DNA from: Eledone cirrhosa | Taxonomy: Eukaryota | Assembly (NCBI GenBank): GCA_964016885.1 | Contig: OZ024743.1 | Location: forward strand, 213,404,001 to 213,468,000 | Reading direction: 5' to 3' | Length of the DNA: 64,000 bases | Shown: in pieces, positions 41,257-52,503 of the stretch | Numbering within the stretch: the first letter of the stretch is position 1 | Layout: the number at the start of each line of letters is the position of its first letter | Notes under the pieces: model-generated | The model's database searches: none | The model's input: the letters and a program-made list of their open reading frames with translations, nothing else | Told to the model about the DNA's origin: nothing | Translations under genes and position numbers: made by a program

Positions 41257-43559
41257 ATATATATTAATGAATTCGATATGTTTCATCTTCTATCAGTTTC
41301 GCTTCGCTGCTTTTTATAGGTGCGCATACAACTCTGCTGGAATGAACTCCATCAGTTTCGACGATGAGTGTTCCAGTTGTTTGATCAACTGAAGGAGTTT
41401 CCTTATGAAATATACGTGTAAGTGGCTGAGAATTCCACAGATATGTGCATTATAAAAGTAATTCTCACGGAATTTCTGCGTAACACAGTGTGTAATAAGG
41501 TCGGTCCTCTGAATTACAGATATGGCCCATCACAGGAGCTTTAAATCAATTTCCTCTTACCCAATTTCAATAACGGAGCTTGAGACCACCCTAGACTACG
41601 GTAACTTTTATTTGCCCAATATCTCACACAGTGGGATTGAACTCAGGTCATTCCTAACCATTCTGCTAGTCAATGTTCATACAGCTCTGATATATACTAC
41701 TTTAATAGTATTTTACGTATATGCATCCATACATAGTAGATACAATATAAATTAGTAATACTATAGAATCAGAAGAGACCATGTTCATCGTCGGTAAAAT
41801 GGAATAAAAATAATTAAAATAAATTTCATGCTGAATAAATTTCCTGTTGTAAGGTTGAAAAGAATTCTAACACTTCGAGTGGTATCGCATGGAAATACAG
41901 TAAAGATAGGTGAGATACAGGGTATATTATACACACTTTAGAAAAGCAAAAATACCGAATTTCAATGGTCTTACAATATACGCATAACTTTCCATTATCA
42001 CCACAGTTTCTTATATCACTTCCCTGAATGCCACTGAAATCAGATACACAACCAACGCTCTTTATGATGTACCAGTAGATGATGTATCATGCAAGTAGAT
42101 ATTTCTGCCATGCATCATGCCAGTGAGACAAATCTGATACTACCGAGGTGCAAATATGTTCTCAAGTAACTCGAGAAAACGTTTGATTCTACATTTAGAT
42201 GACCTATACGCCTGAAATTGTTAGTGTCTCCAATGGTTATGTTTCCTCTGGCAGTACCACATTTCCCCGACCCAGAAATCTCGGAATGATGTTAGTTCAC
42301 CACCAGTTGTACCACAACCGATGAAAAGATGTATTGAAATCACCAAGGAGTGATATTTGTAAAGCTGCTAAAAGATATGTACATGAAAATGATATGGTCA
42401 TGAAAATGACTAAACTAGATATAGGACTTTGCATAACATACTGTTGCAACATGCATTGTGCTATTGAGTGATGTAAATAATGAATGTGAAGTGCCCAAAT
42501 TTAAAGTAAAGTGCAACCATAGACCCTAATTTTAGCGCATGTGTAGATACATGAATAAATAAAGTGGTATGTTGCATTTCCGAATCTAGAGTTAATAGAA
42601 CAAAATTGATGGTATATTTGAACTGACAGTTACAAAAATACCCAAGAATATGTTTTTAGATATAAGACACCAGAATTATTATTTCGCCCACACGTAGTTA
42701 TAATTGTTCCAATTTCTTTTTTATCATTATTGTCATTTTTATTAAATATCAAACTAATTGAAGGCGTCTAATAATTGATTTCTTTGACTCTTTAGAAACA
42801 AAAATATTGATGATTTCTATGTTAGGATTTCTAAATGTGGAGCCTTTCTTCTATTAAATGATATATTACTTTGGCAAGCCTAAAGTGTGGAATAACGTAA
42901 TTCGCAACGTACAAGACTATTGCTCCATAGGTAATATGAAAACCGTTTTATTAGTATATTAATTAGATGCTTTCAGATTAGTGACTGCAGAAGTAAAGGA
43001 AGGACGTGATATACGGCAAGAAAAATGCTTGTTCCTGCCGATTGAAAACATTATATGTTCATACGTTTTAGCCATTTCCGTTAAGAGTGTTTTATGCACG
43101 CTATTTCATAGAATATATTTGCCAGTATAATGTCCAAATTGCACTTGAAATTCATTGAATGCTTTGAGATCTGCCATACACATAAGCTGTTGTGTGCAAA
43201 TGTAAATGACGTGAGAGAGCTCCTGGCTTTATTCCAAATCCCACAACGAGAATTTCCGCAACAAACTATCCAAAACTATTGAAGCTTGTACCATGGAGAT
43301 ACCTCCCATTGATACATATTTCAACATTCAGACATAAAGTCTATTCTCTGCAGCCTCTTTATTTCTCTTTTATTCTATCAATTTCTTTCATTGTTAACCA
43401 CTGCATTCTACAGCTACTCCTCTCACCATTTATAGTGTGTTGCCATTTTTTAAAACCTAAATACTTGTGTGAAATTTCTTTTCTTTTCCTGTTCAAGTAA
43501 AGACCTGCACATATTCAAGTTGAACATTATCTGTGATGGCATATATATACATATATATA

Positions 43560-43903
43560 GGGTTTAGGATGGTGGTTAGGACGGAACAGGAGGGGAAAGG
43601 AAGAAAGGCGTTTCCATCGTCAGCTGTAAATGTTTCCCGAACCGATGTTTCGGCGCTGAATTACAGGACATCGGTGTAGTTCGGGTGCGCCCAAGGCCTT
43701 TTATTAATCAAAAGGCCAGGTGGAAAAGGAGAGAGAAAGAGAGAAAAAAAGGGAGAGAAAAAACGAGAGAGAAAAGCAAAGAGAGGGAAAGGAGGAAGAA
43801 CAGGTGGCAAAAAGATGAGGAGAGAGGAAGAAGGGGAAAAATAGGAAAGGAATGGGAGAAAAAAGTGTACAGGTCCACTCGTGAGCTCTCTTTCTCTCTC
43901 CTT
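43560..43903 (-). mobile_element. (TA)n-flanked non-coding element carrying a rearranged hammerhead
   Basis: Bounded by TA runs; pyrimidine tract then structured module on the minus strand, same layout as the 29 kb element. Confidence 0.6.
43611..43726 (-). ncRNA. Candidate rearranged hammerhead ribozyme, second family
   Basis: Minus strand accgatGTC|ctgtaa-ttca-gcgcc-GAAAcatcggt..ttacag-CTGACGA; 8 bp stem III, 6 bp stem I. Confidence 0.65.
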
Positions 43904-43959
43904 TATATATATATCACATAAGAAAGGGAGAATCAGTGTTGCGACGTCTAACATTTATT

Positions 43960-44056
43960 AGACATATTACAATAGTTTCTCTGGCGACCAGCTCGAGGCA
44001 CGATCGATGTAATGATCGAACCTGACTCTGAAATCGCAAGGTCGTCAGATACGTCT
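43960..44056 (-). ncRNA. Type I hammerhead motif with 62 nt extended stem II
   Basis: agacgtat-CTGACGA-[62 nt hairpin]-GAAAC-tatt-GTA-atatgtct, then AATAAA; 8 bp stem I. Confidence 0.6.
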
Positions 44057-44236
44057 CGATTCTAGGAAGCAGAATTTCCAAATGTCCAGTTACACCCGAG
44101 GCCCTCACTCGGTGGCTTAGATCCTGTTGTTGTCATTCTATGATATATATATATATAGACAACAACAGGATCTAAGCCGCCGAGTGAGGGCCTCGGGTGT
44201 AACTGGACATTTGGAAATTCTGCTTCCTAGAATCGA
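44056..44236. repeat. 79 bp inverted repeat with (TA)n in the loop
   Basis: 44056-44134 versus 44158-44236, one mismatch. Confidence 0.95.
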
Positions 44237-44239
44237 CAG

Positions 44240-44307
<68 letters not shown>

Positions 44308-44943
44308 CTGTCGATATATATATATTCGTCAAATCATACCGAGGAAACGATGTTTCCGTTGGTCTTTCCAATTGGTAATACTATCTATCTATCTGGCATC
44401 AATATGATAATAGTATAGTACATCTATAAGATATACCCATTGGTATCTTATTCAACAAATTGTTACAAAACATTCTTTCTACTGTGAGGCTGGCATTTCA
44501 TGATCACTCATTGATGTATTGTATAGGTTATCTTTATACAAGGACACTTTAGATTAAAAGCGTTCTATCCCGCGATTTGTTACACGTTATCATATTCCGT
44601 CTTTTGTAAGATGGTAGATTGTAATTCCTGAATAAGGCGGATATAATTTCTGGTAAGTTCCGCGTCTGAATAAAGGCTTTCGAAGCTATATCAACTGGCT
44701 TACTGATCAATGTAGGCCGTGCAAACCAGATGGGAAGCTCTCAAAATTGAGACACTTTCAGTCAGCAGTATTTATTTTAATATTCTCCGTTCGCACGGAT
44801 ATCAATCCGTGCAGCCATGATTCCCGGCAAAATTAATCGAATCCGTTAAACACGAATCACACGCTTATACTCGAAAACACACACACGCACACACGCACAC
44901 ACGCACACACACACACGCACACACACACACACATACACACACA

Positions 44944-45010
<67 letters not shown>

Positions 45011-45057
45011 GCACACACACGCACGCACACACACACACACACACACATACATACACA

Positions 45058-45116
<59 letters not shown>

Positions 45117-45632
45117 TTAAATATACACACGCAGCATACACACAGAGACACATATATGCACTATGCGCTGACACATGCCTGTATATGTAAATCTATAAAA
45201 TTTCCGAGGTTTACACATAATATCTCTCCACAATTTTATAACCTTAAACTTCTCTATCAACAGAAAGAAAAAATAATAAAACAAAGGAAACGAAAACGAA
45301 ATAAAACAAATGAAAATCTATAAGAATAGAATTTATGACGATTTTGCGCAGATTTCCCAGAAGTACACGGATGAAATCTAACAGATGTCGAAATGTGTTA
45401 TCTTAATTTCGAAATACTGAATTATAAACAGACATGGTTAAAGGGGAAACAGTAGCGAAATTGGATAGATTTTACAGTAACTTTTCCTATAACTGTAGAA
45501 TACACACAGATATCTATTCTGGATATCGGAATACAACATTGCAAAAGTCCATACAGTTGATATTAATGTTGCAAACGAAAAATTTATAGACAGCTTATCG
45601 GAGTCATATCGTATATGCATAACATACCGCCC

Positions 45633-45692
<60 letters not shown>

Positions 45693-45866
45693 TTATATAT
45701 ATTCATACATACATACATTCTTACATACATATATGTAAGTTATGTATATACGATATGAATAAAAGCAGTCTATAAACACACACACACGCACACATATATA
45801 TATGTGTAAACTAGTAAGAGCATTATTCAGAAGAGAATTCGATATTTGGGATAGTAGAGTGTGACG

Positions 45867-45984
45867 ATATTAGAAAGAGTCGGGGTACGACGGCTGAGTT
45901 CTTGTCGTTTCGATAGCAAAATCTCTGGAATTAACTGTCGAAACGGCATGTGCACAGCCATTAGGCCCCGATTCCTTCTAATGT
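45867..45984. mobile_element. Palindromic MITE-like element
   Basis: atattagaaagagtcgggg/ccccgattccttctaatgt and tgtcgtttcgatag/ctgtcgaaacggca pair; related sequence at about 48795-48845. Confidence 0.55.
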
Positions 45985-45990
45985 TATATA

Positions 45991-46920
45991 TCTACTATAT
46001 AAATTGGAAGTGGTCGGACTTTGTATAGTTAAGTAAGTAAGTAAGTGTAGTCGGATAAACATCGAAAAGGCTTGGTGGAATGCAGCGAAAATTTACACAG
46101 TTATGCAGAATGACCCGAGGAGGTGTTGGGTCGACTTTTAGGGTACAAGCTTCCATGGTTACGGAGAAAATCGATGAAACGGGAATTTCCTATTCAAATT
46201 GAACTGAGAGTAATCTGTGAACGCAGAAGTAAATATTTCGAGAAACATTCCAGCCGAACGAAAACAGGAAGACGATATTTTGGTTCGTGAAGACGTTTCC
46301 TGGCAATGAACGGGAAAAAAGCGAGGATAATACGTCGTTATGTGAAGCGAGAAGAACAATTTCATGCAAAGACAAGACCAAGTTTATGGTGTAAATGGAG
46401 TCGTTAGACTAATGTTCTATTTAAAATAACAGAATGATTTCCAGCCCCGGAGTTTAAGAATGGTGTAAATAAAATTGAAAACGAAAATGACAGAGGTTAT
46501 TAAAATAGTAAAAGTAAATAGTGAAGATTTAGGCCAGTACATACGTATGCCCCGACGGACATACACATACATACGCACACACAAATACATACCCCCCCCC
46601 CCACACACACGCGCGCCCGCGTGTATAAACCTTATGCATTTCTACAGTATTTTCACCAAACTTAAGACATAGGTTACTTATGTACTCCGGATGGTCATGG
46701 GCACTTTCATTTTTCCAGATATTGATTATAGGGCCTCCCGGCAGATAACCTCCTTTAACCACTTCCTTGGAGTCGACTGAAGAACAGCAATGCAATGCAA
46801 CAAAACGTCATAACTTCTGGAGTTCGCAACCGATTTTCACAAAACTTGACACATGGGCTACGATTGTCCTACATATGAATGTTAACTCTCAGAATTGGCA
46901 CATATTGGGAAAAGCCGATG
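45991..46920 (+). mobile_element. Probable non-autonomous Helitron-type element (3' end not seen)
   Basis: A|TCTACTATATAAA start, short (TAAG)n, repeated ccgattttcac.aaactt motifs typical of such elements. Confidence 0.45.
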
Positions 46921-47088
46921 ATTTTGAAACCGATGTTGTTATGCTTTGGGAGGGTCATGTTGCCAATAAGAAACACACGCACCAGTTGCTTTCACTTCAA
47001 TTTATTATAAATTAAATTCATAAATTTAAGAGTTTATAAATTTCCGGTTGGTTGGTTGGTTCCACAACCGGACGGTTGTTCATATATT

Positions 47089-47131
47089 GTCAAAGTTCTT
47101 TCGTCACACATTCTGTGACCTCTTCAGTGAC
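47089..47131 (-). ncRNA. Minimal hammerhead in the PLE pLTR
   Basis: gtca-CTGAAGA-g-gtcaca-gaatg-tgtgac-GAAA-gaac-tt-tgac; the copy in the other arm (about 48448-48490) has GAAA changed to AAAA. Confidence 0.65.
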
Positions 47132-47378
47132 TGGGTATTCTTCTCTTTGTTTTGTGCCTCTCCTACGCCATCTAGTTTTTGTGTGTGTTGTGTGCTTAGT
47201 TTGCGCATGTGTTACATCCGGGTGTCTGTGTGTGTTTTTATTTGTTTATTTATTTGTTTATTTACATGTTACTGGTTGGTTGTTTGTTCTATGTGTGTGT
47301 GTGTTTTTATTTTGTAAGTTGTGATGTTACTATTCCATTCATGTTTTCTATTTAATTTTGGTTCGAGTTGATTTATGT

Positions 47379-48201
47379 TTATTGCTTCTGTGATTTGTCT
47401 AAACATTGCGCTTTTCTGTGTGTAGATTTTATTTTTATTTCTATGTTCTCTAATTTGCCCTTATGTTCTAATTTAGCATGTTGGTGGAGTACGGATGAAT
47501 CTGTTCTATCTTGAAGCTCTCGCCAGTGTTCATTTAATCGTTCTCCTATACTACGAGCTGTCTCACCTATGTACACTATATTCTTATCTTTACATTGTCC
47601 TCCAGTACATCTTATGCTCTATACTATGTTTCTAGTTTTACAGTTAATATGGGGGCTTAGTTTACAGATTATACATTTCTTATCTATACAGGGAGGTCTT
47701 TGAAAGGGTATGTATTACTAATAAGTGTTTTTTCTGGAGGTACCTGGTCTTTCTACTATCTTAATATTTAGTTTAAGTTTATCTAGGGCCCTTCTAAATA
47801 TGTAAGCTAATTCACCTCTAGGTGTTGTATTGATGAATATTACACTCTGGTATTTATTGCTATCATACCATGAGTTTATTCTATTAACCTTATTCCTAGT
47901 TTTTTCTATTCTATTCCAAAATGTTCTCCTATACAAGGGGCAGGTCCCATTTGTATCATTATTTACCATTTTTTTCCATTTGGTTCTGGCTCCTCTATAT
48001 ACTCTGATTTTATCTCTCTGATTGTAACCAGAGAACTGCATACGGGGGATGAAGTGTTGTATGTGTCTCTCTAGTTCTTTGGGGTTGCACATGCGTTTCT
48101 CATCACCCGTACTAAATCCGCAATCAGTATGTTGATTTTGGTGTGATCCGAAACAGCTGAGTTTCGGTGGATCAGATATTTGGAAGTCATGGGTTTGGCA
48201 T
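47379..48201 (-). pseudogene. PLE RT C-terminus, Cys-rich linker and GIY-YIG endonuclease
   Basis: YAKPM..LIHRNSA..KINILIADLVRVMRN, FSGY, CIDKKCIIC..CKTRNIV*SIRC..C..VYIGETARSIGERLNEH; Cys linker suggests the Neptune group. Confidence 0.85.
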
Positions 48202-48694
48202 AATTAAATAGAAAACATGAATGGAATAGCAACATCACAACTTACAATTAAGGACAAAATGAAAACACACACACATAGAACAAACAACCAACCAGTAACA
48301 TGTAAATAAACATATAAATAAACAAATAAAAACACACACAGACACCCGGATGTAACACATGCGCAAATTAAGCACACATCACACACAAAAACAAGATGGC
48401 GTAGGACAGAACAAAGGAGAGGCACAAACCAAAGACAAGAATCCCCAGTCACTGAAGAGGTCACAGAATGTGTGACAAAAGAACTTTGAAAATACATGAA
48501 CAACCGCCCGGTTGCGGAACCAACCAACCGGAAATTTATAAATTCTTAAATTTATGAATTTAATTTATAATAAATTGGAGTGAAAGCATGTGGTGCGTGT
48601 GTTTCTTATTGGCAACATGACCCTCCCAAAGTATAACAGTATCGGTTTCAACACACGTTTTCAGATAAAGAATCTTGCTAAACAAGTTCAGAAA

Positions 48695-48775
<81 letters not shown>

Positions 48776-48931
48776 GTATATATGTATATATATAGGAAAA
48801 GAGTCAAGAACCCGACGGCTGAGCTCCGGCTGTTTCGACAGCTAGATCCGAACTAAGCCACCAGTATTAGAACGGCAGGAATCTAGCTGAACTTATCATG
48901 GGGCACAGTCCATGACATGCATTTGTATGTG

Positions 48932-48996
<65 letters not shown>

Positions 48997-50452
48997 TATG
49001 TCTGTGCGTGTATGTGTGTATATGTGTGTATGTGTTTAGTGTATTTTTATAACATTGATACTTGAATTAGGAAAAAAGACAATCTACAGAACGACTTTAA
49101 TAAAAAATATTAAAATTATAGTAAATCAGGAATCACTTAACTTCACATCTGCGACAGTTGTTTTCTACAAAAGAATTCCGAAATTCTTTTGTTGTTTATG
49201 TTTGTGTGTTTGTGTGTCCGTGTTTTTCCATTTTTATTTTTCTTGTCTCCATTTTAATTAGAGTTGGTATTGTTTTTGTTGTTTTTTCTTGTCTTCTTTT
49301 AATTTCGTTTTTTTTTCTTTTCTTTTCTTTTATTCTCATCTTAGCGATTCAAACAACCGCCATGATAATTTTATCATATTGTATTTTGCTCTATGATAAC
49401 TACATTCTATTGTGATACATCTTACGTCGTTTTCCACGATAAACATTTAGTTGTTCGATAAACTGAATGACCAGCTCATGATATTAACTTGCAAGTATTC
49501 CACAGACACGTGTACTCTTAACAACATATTAAGCTGAATTATAGTGCCACAATTTGCGACATGGCTGAATATCGGACACAATTCATGAACAATCTATGGG
49601 AGGAACTTCCACACAGTTTCAGTATACCCAGTATCAGTCTCGGGATTTTAAGGGGTGTGGTGTGGGGTGTGTGTGTGTAACCGATATTGTTATAAAGACA
49701 ATATGTCCCACAGATCGAACCGGCGACTTCATGACAAAGAAACGAACTCCTTAACCAAACAGCCAAGACAACGTCAACATAGCATAAAATCAATTTGGTA
49801 TGTCTTGATAGAAAACCTATTGACAATATTGTAGTAAGAGTAAATCTATACAGAGTGTCATATCTGTGCGAAAGATTTCATTGTACGCTATTTGTAATTT
49901 AAGCGCGAAATAAGTTTTAGAGATGGAAGTATTTTATTCGGATGTTATGTAGTTCTGAAGGAGACACGACACTTATACATGCAAATGCATATTGTAATTA
50001 ATTTTAATTGTTTATTAATTTTAAATTTGACACTTTGAATTTTATAATTTGTAGCCCCATTAAAGTGCAAGTATTATATTTGAGATTAAGGATGATAGTT
50101 TATCTTATAGGCGCATTTTTGGAATAAGGATTATATTGATATTTTTCGAAAGCCAGGAATGTGTTGATAGAGACACGTCCAATCTATTTTGCATTGTTTA
50201 AATGAATTATTATGTTGATAGAATATGTCCTTAAATATTTATAATCAATTTTATTTATAATCAATTTATTTGGCTAATATTAGATGGGATGGAGACTGCA
50301 TAAATGTAGCTGATATTTCTATGGGGTGACCGGTTGCAGGATATGCGATTTGAGAGTCGCAATCTTATATCTTATATGCTTTCATATTCAACCCAACATT
50401 AATACCACAAACCATTCTACCTGACATTCTAACGATTCTGCGAATTTGCTGC

Positions 50453-50495
<43 letters not shown>

Positions 50496-50626
50496 GTATG
50501 TATGTATTATGTATATATGTATGTATGACAAAGGGCGGAAGAACTCATAAGAGTCAACGGACATCCAAAAATGTGTGAATATGTATATACATATATGCAT
50601 GTATACATGTGTATGTATGTATATGT

Positions 50627-50963
50627 GCGGGGAAATAGAAATAATCGGGCTGGATACCCGATCGTGCCGTTAAACCACTGGGAGTGAAGGAACCCTACCC
50701 TTCGTCAGGGCATTCTTCTCGGAGAAGGCAACTCAGGAAACTGGGATAACTCCGACATAAAACCTGCGGCTCAGTAGTTACCGATGATGTTGATCTTTTC
50801 TTCTCTTCGGGTCGCTTAGAGAGAAGGATTGACTCAGGGCACAGTCTTTCCTCACTTAAAAAAAAAAAATCTTCACGTATAGGCATTGCATGATAGAATT
50901 AATTGATAATTATCAATAATGTTATATCGTGCCATACTCGATAACGAGGGGGCCTCCATCATG
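50627..50963 (+). mobile_element. Short RTE-5'-like element ending in (TATG)n
   Basis: Aligns by eye with 56804-56900 (ggagaagg.aact, acctgc, atgatgttga); resembles the conserved RTE 5' motif. Confidence 0.5.
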
Positions 50964-50979
50964 ATGTATGTATGTATGT

Positions 50980-52439
50980 TCTTCTGGTTTTATAATTTCG
51001 CAAATGTTTTCCCAATAAAGAGAGAGTCGGATTCTAACATAGACACAAGACTCTCTCATTGGAATTTACACATCAACTAGGTAGATTATGTATGCATGCA
51101 TGTGTAGATAGGGATGTTATTGTATGTGTGGATGTGTATATGCTTTGCATCTGTACATGTGTATATGCAGTTATTAGATGCAAAATGTTTGGAATATTTT
51201 ACATATTTTTACTGGATTGTACTTGTAATTTCCTAACTAGTTGTGTTCTTTCTGCTGTGAAGCCCAGCTTCTCAAGATTTGTATTGAGGCAGTTACTAAC
51301 ATATCCCAGTGCCCCAATAATCACAGGCATAAATCTGAATGTATAATCAGGGTGGAGTATCTGCAGATTTTTCATCAGTTCTGCATAAATATTCTCATTT
51401 TCGCTAATCTTTGATATTATATTGGCATCCGCTAGGCAGCTAATTTCCACTACTGTGCATGTTTTCTTCACCCTGTCCCATATCATAATATCTGGTCTGT
51501 TTTGCCTGCATTTTATTGGCGGTTTTACTGGAACATTCCACCAATACTCTTTCATATTATGTACATGGATGTGTTCTACATTGCTGTAGCTTTTAATGTG
51601 TTTATTATGCAGTTGTTCATCCATGGATTCACCTGCGATACTGCTGAGCGACTTCCCTGGGTGTGAGTTTTTGATTATCACACAGGGAATATCTCTCGAG
51701 GAGTTCCTTCCCAACTCTCATGATCTTATCTGTTTCCTGCAGATAGACTTGCTTGAGAAACGGGCTCCTACGTTTCGAGGTTCGTAGATGTTGTCGGAGA
51801 GATATGATGCGACATTCAAATGCTGTCTGGACTGATGTTAGGCCTCTGCCTCCCTGCTTACGTTTCAAGTAAAGGCGGTATATGTCACTGTTGATGTGGA
51901 AGTTTCCGGTGTTGTTTAGTATTTTTCGAGTTCCAACATCAACTGCTCGGATTTCGTCCAATTGAGTATTCCAAACGTTGGTGTTAGGACAGGCACAGCA
52001 AACACGTTGTGAGCCACTGTTTTGTTTTGCGCAGAGAGTTCCGATGACCAGATCTTTCTTAATCAGGTGTAGTATTCCCTGGTTACGCGTTCTTTATTAC
52101 AGATACCATTATAGGATATGTACTCATCTATCCCCAGGTATCTGTAGCAGTCCTCATCAGATATCGGTGAAACAGTTAGGCCATTGATGACAATGTTGCT
52201 AGATTAGGTTGTTGTTTTTCCCCGCTTTACAGTCATGTATGAGCATTTATCTTGGCCAAACTCCATTCCTATATCCTTTGAGAACGTTGTAACCAGGTCA
52301 AGATTTTTCTTCATCCTATCCATGTTCTTGGCAGAGTTTCAGATCGTCCACAAAGAAATTATGGGTTAGGTTCGTATTTCTGTCCTCCTGTGAGCCAATG
52401 ATGTATCCCTCACATTTCTTGAGCAGAAAGGACAAGGGG
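50980..52439 (-). mobile_element. R4/Dong-clade LINE, family B, truncated and internally deleted
   Basis: HNFFVDDLKL, RLYLKRKQGGRGL, NRPDIMIWD..VVEISC, PVIIGALG; (CATA)n at both ends. Confidence 0.85.
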
Positions 52440-52503
52440 TATGTATGTATGTATGTATGTATGTATGTATGTATGTATGTATGTATGTATGTATGTATGT
52501 ATG

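Larger units (their letters stand above)
46924..48651 (-). mobile_element. Penelope-like element, 5'-truncated, with inverted pLTRs
   Basis: 46924-47353 and 48203-48651 are inverted repeats around RT-thumb and GIY-YIG coding remnants. Confidence 0.9.
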
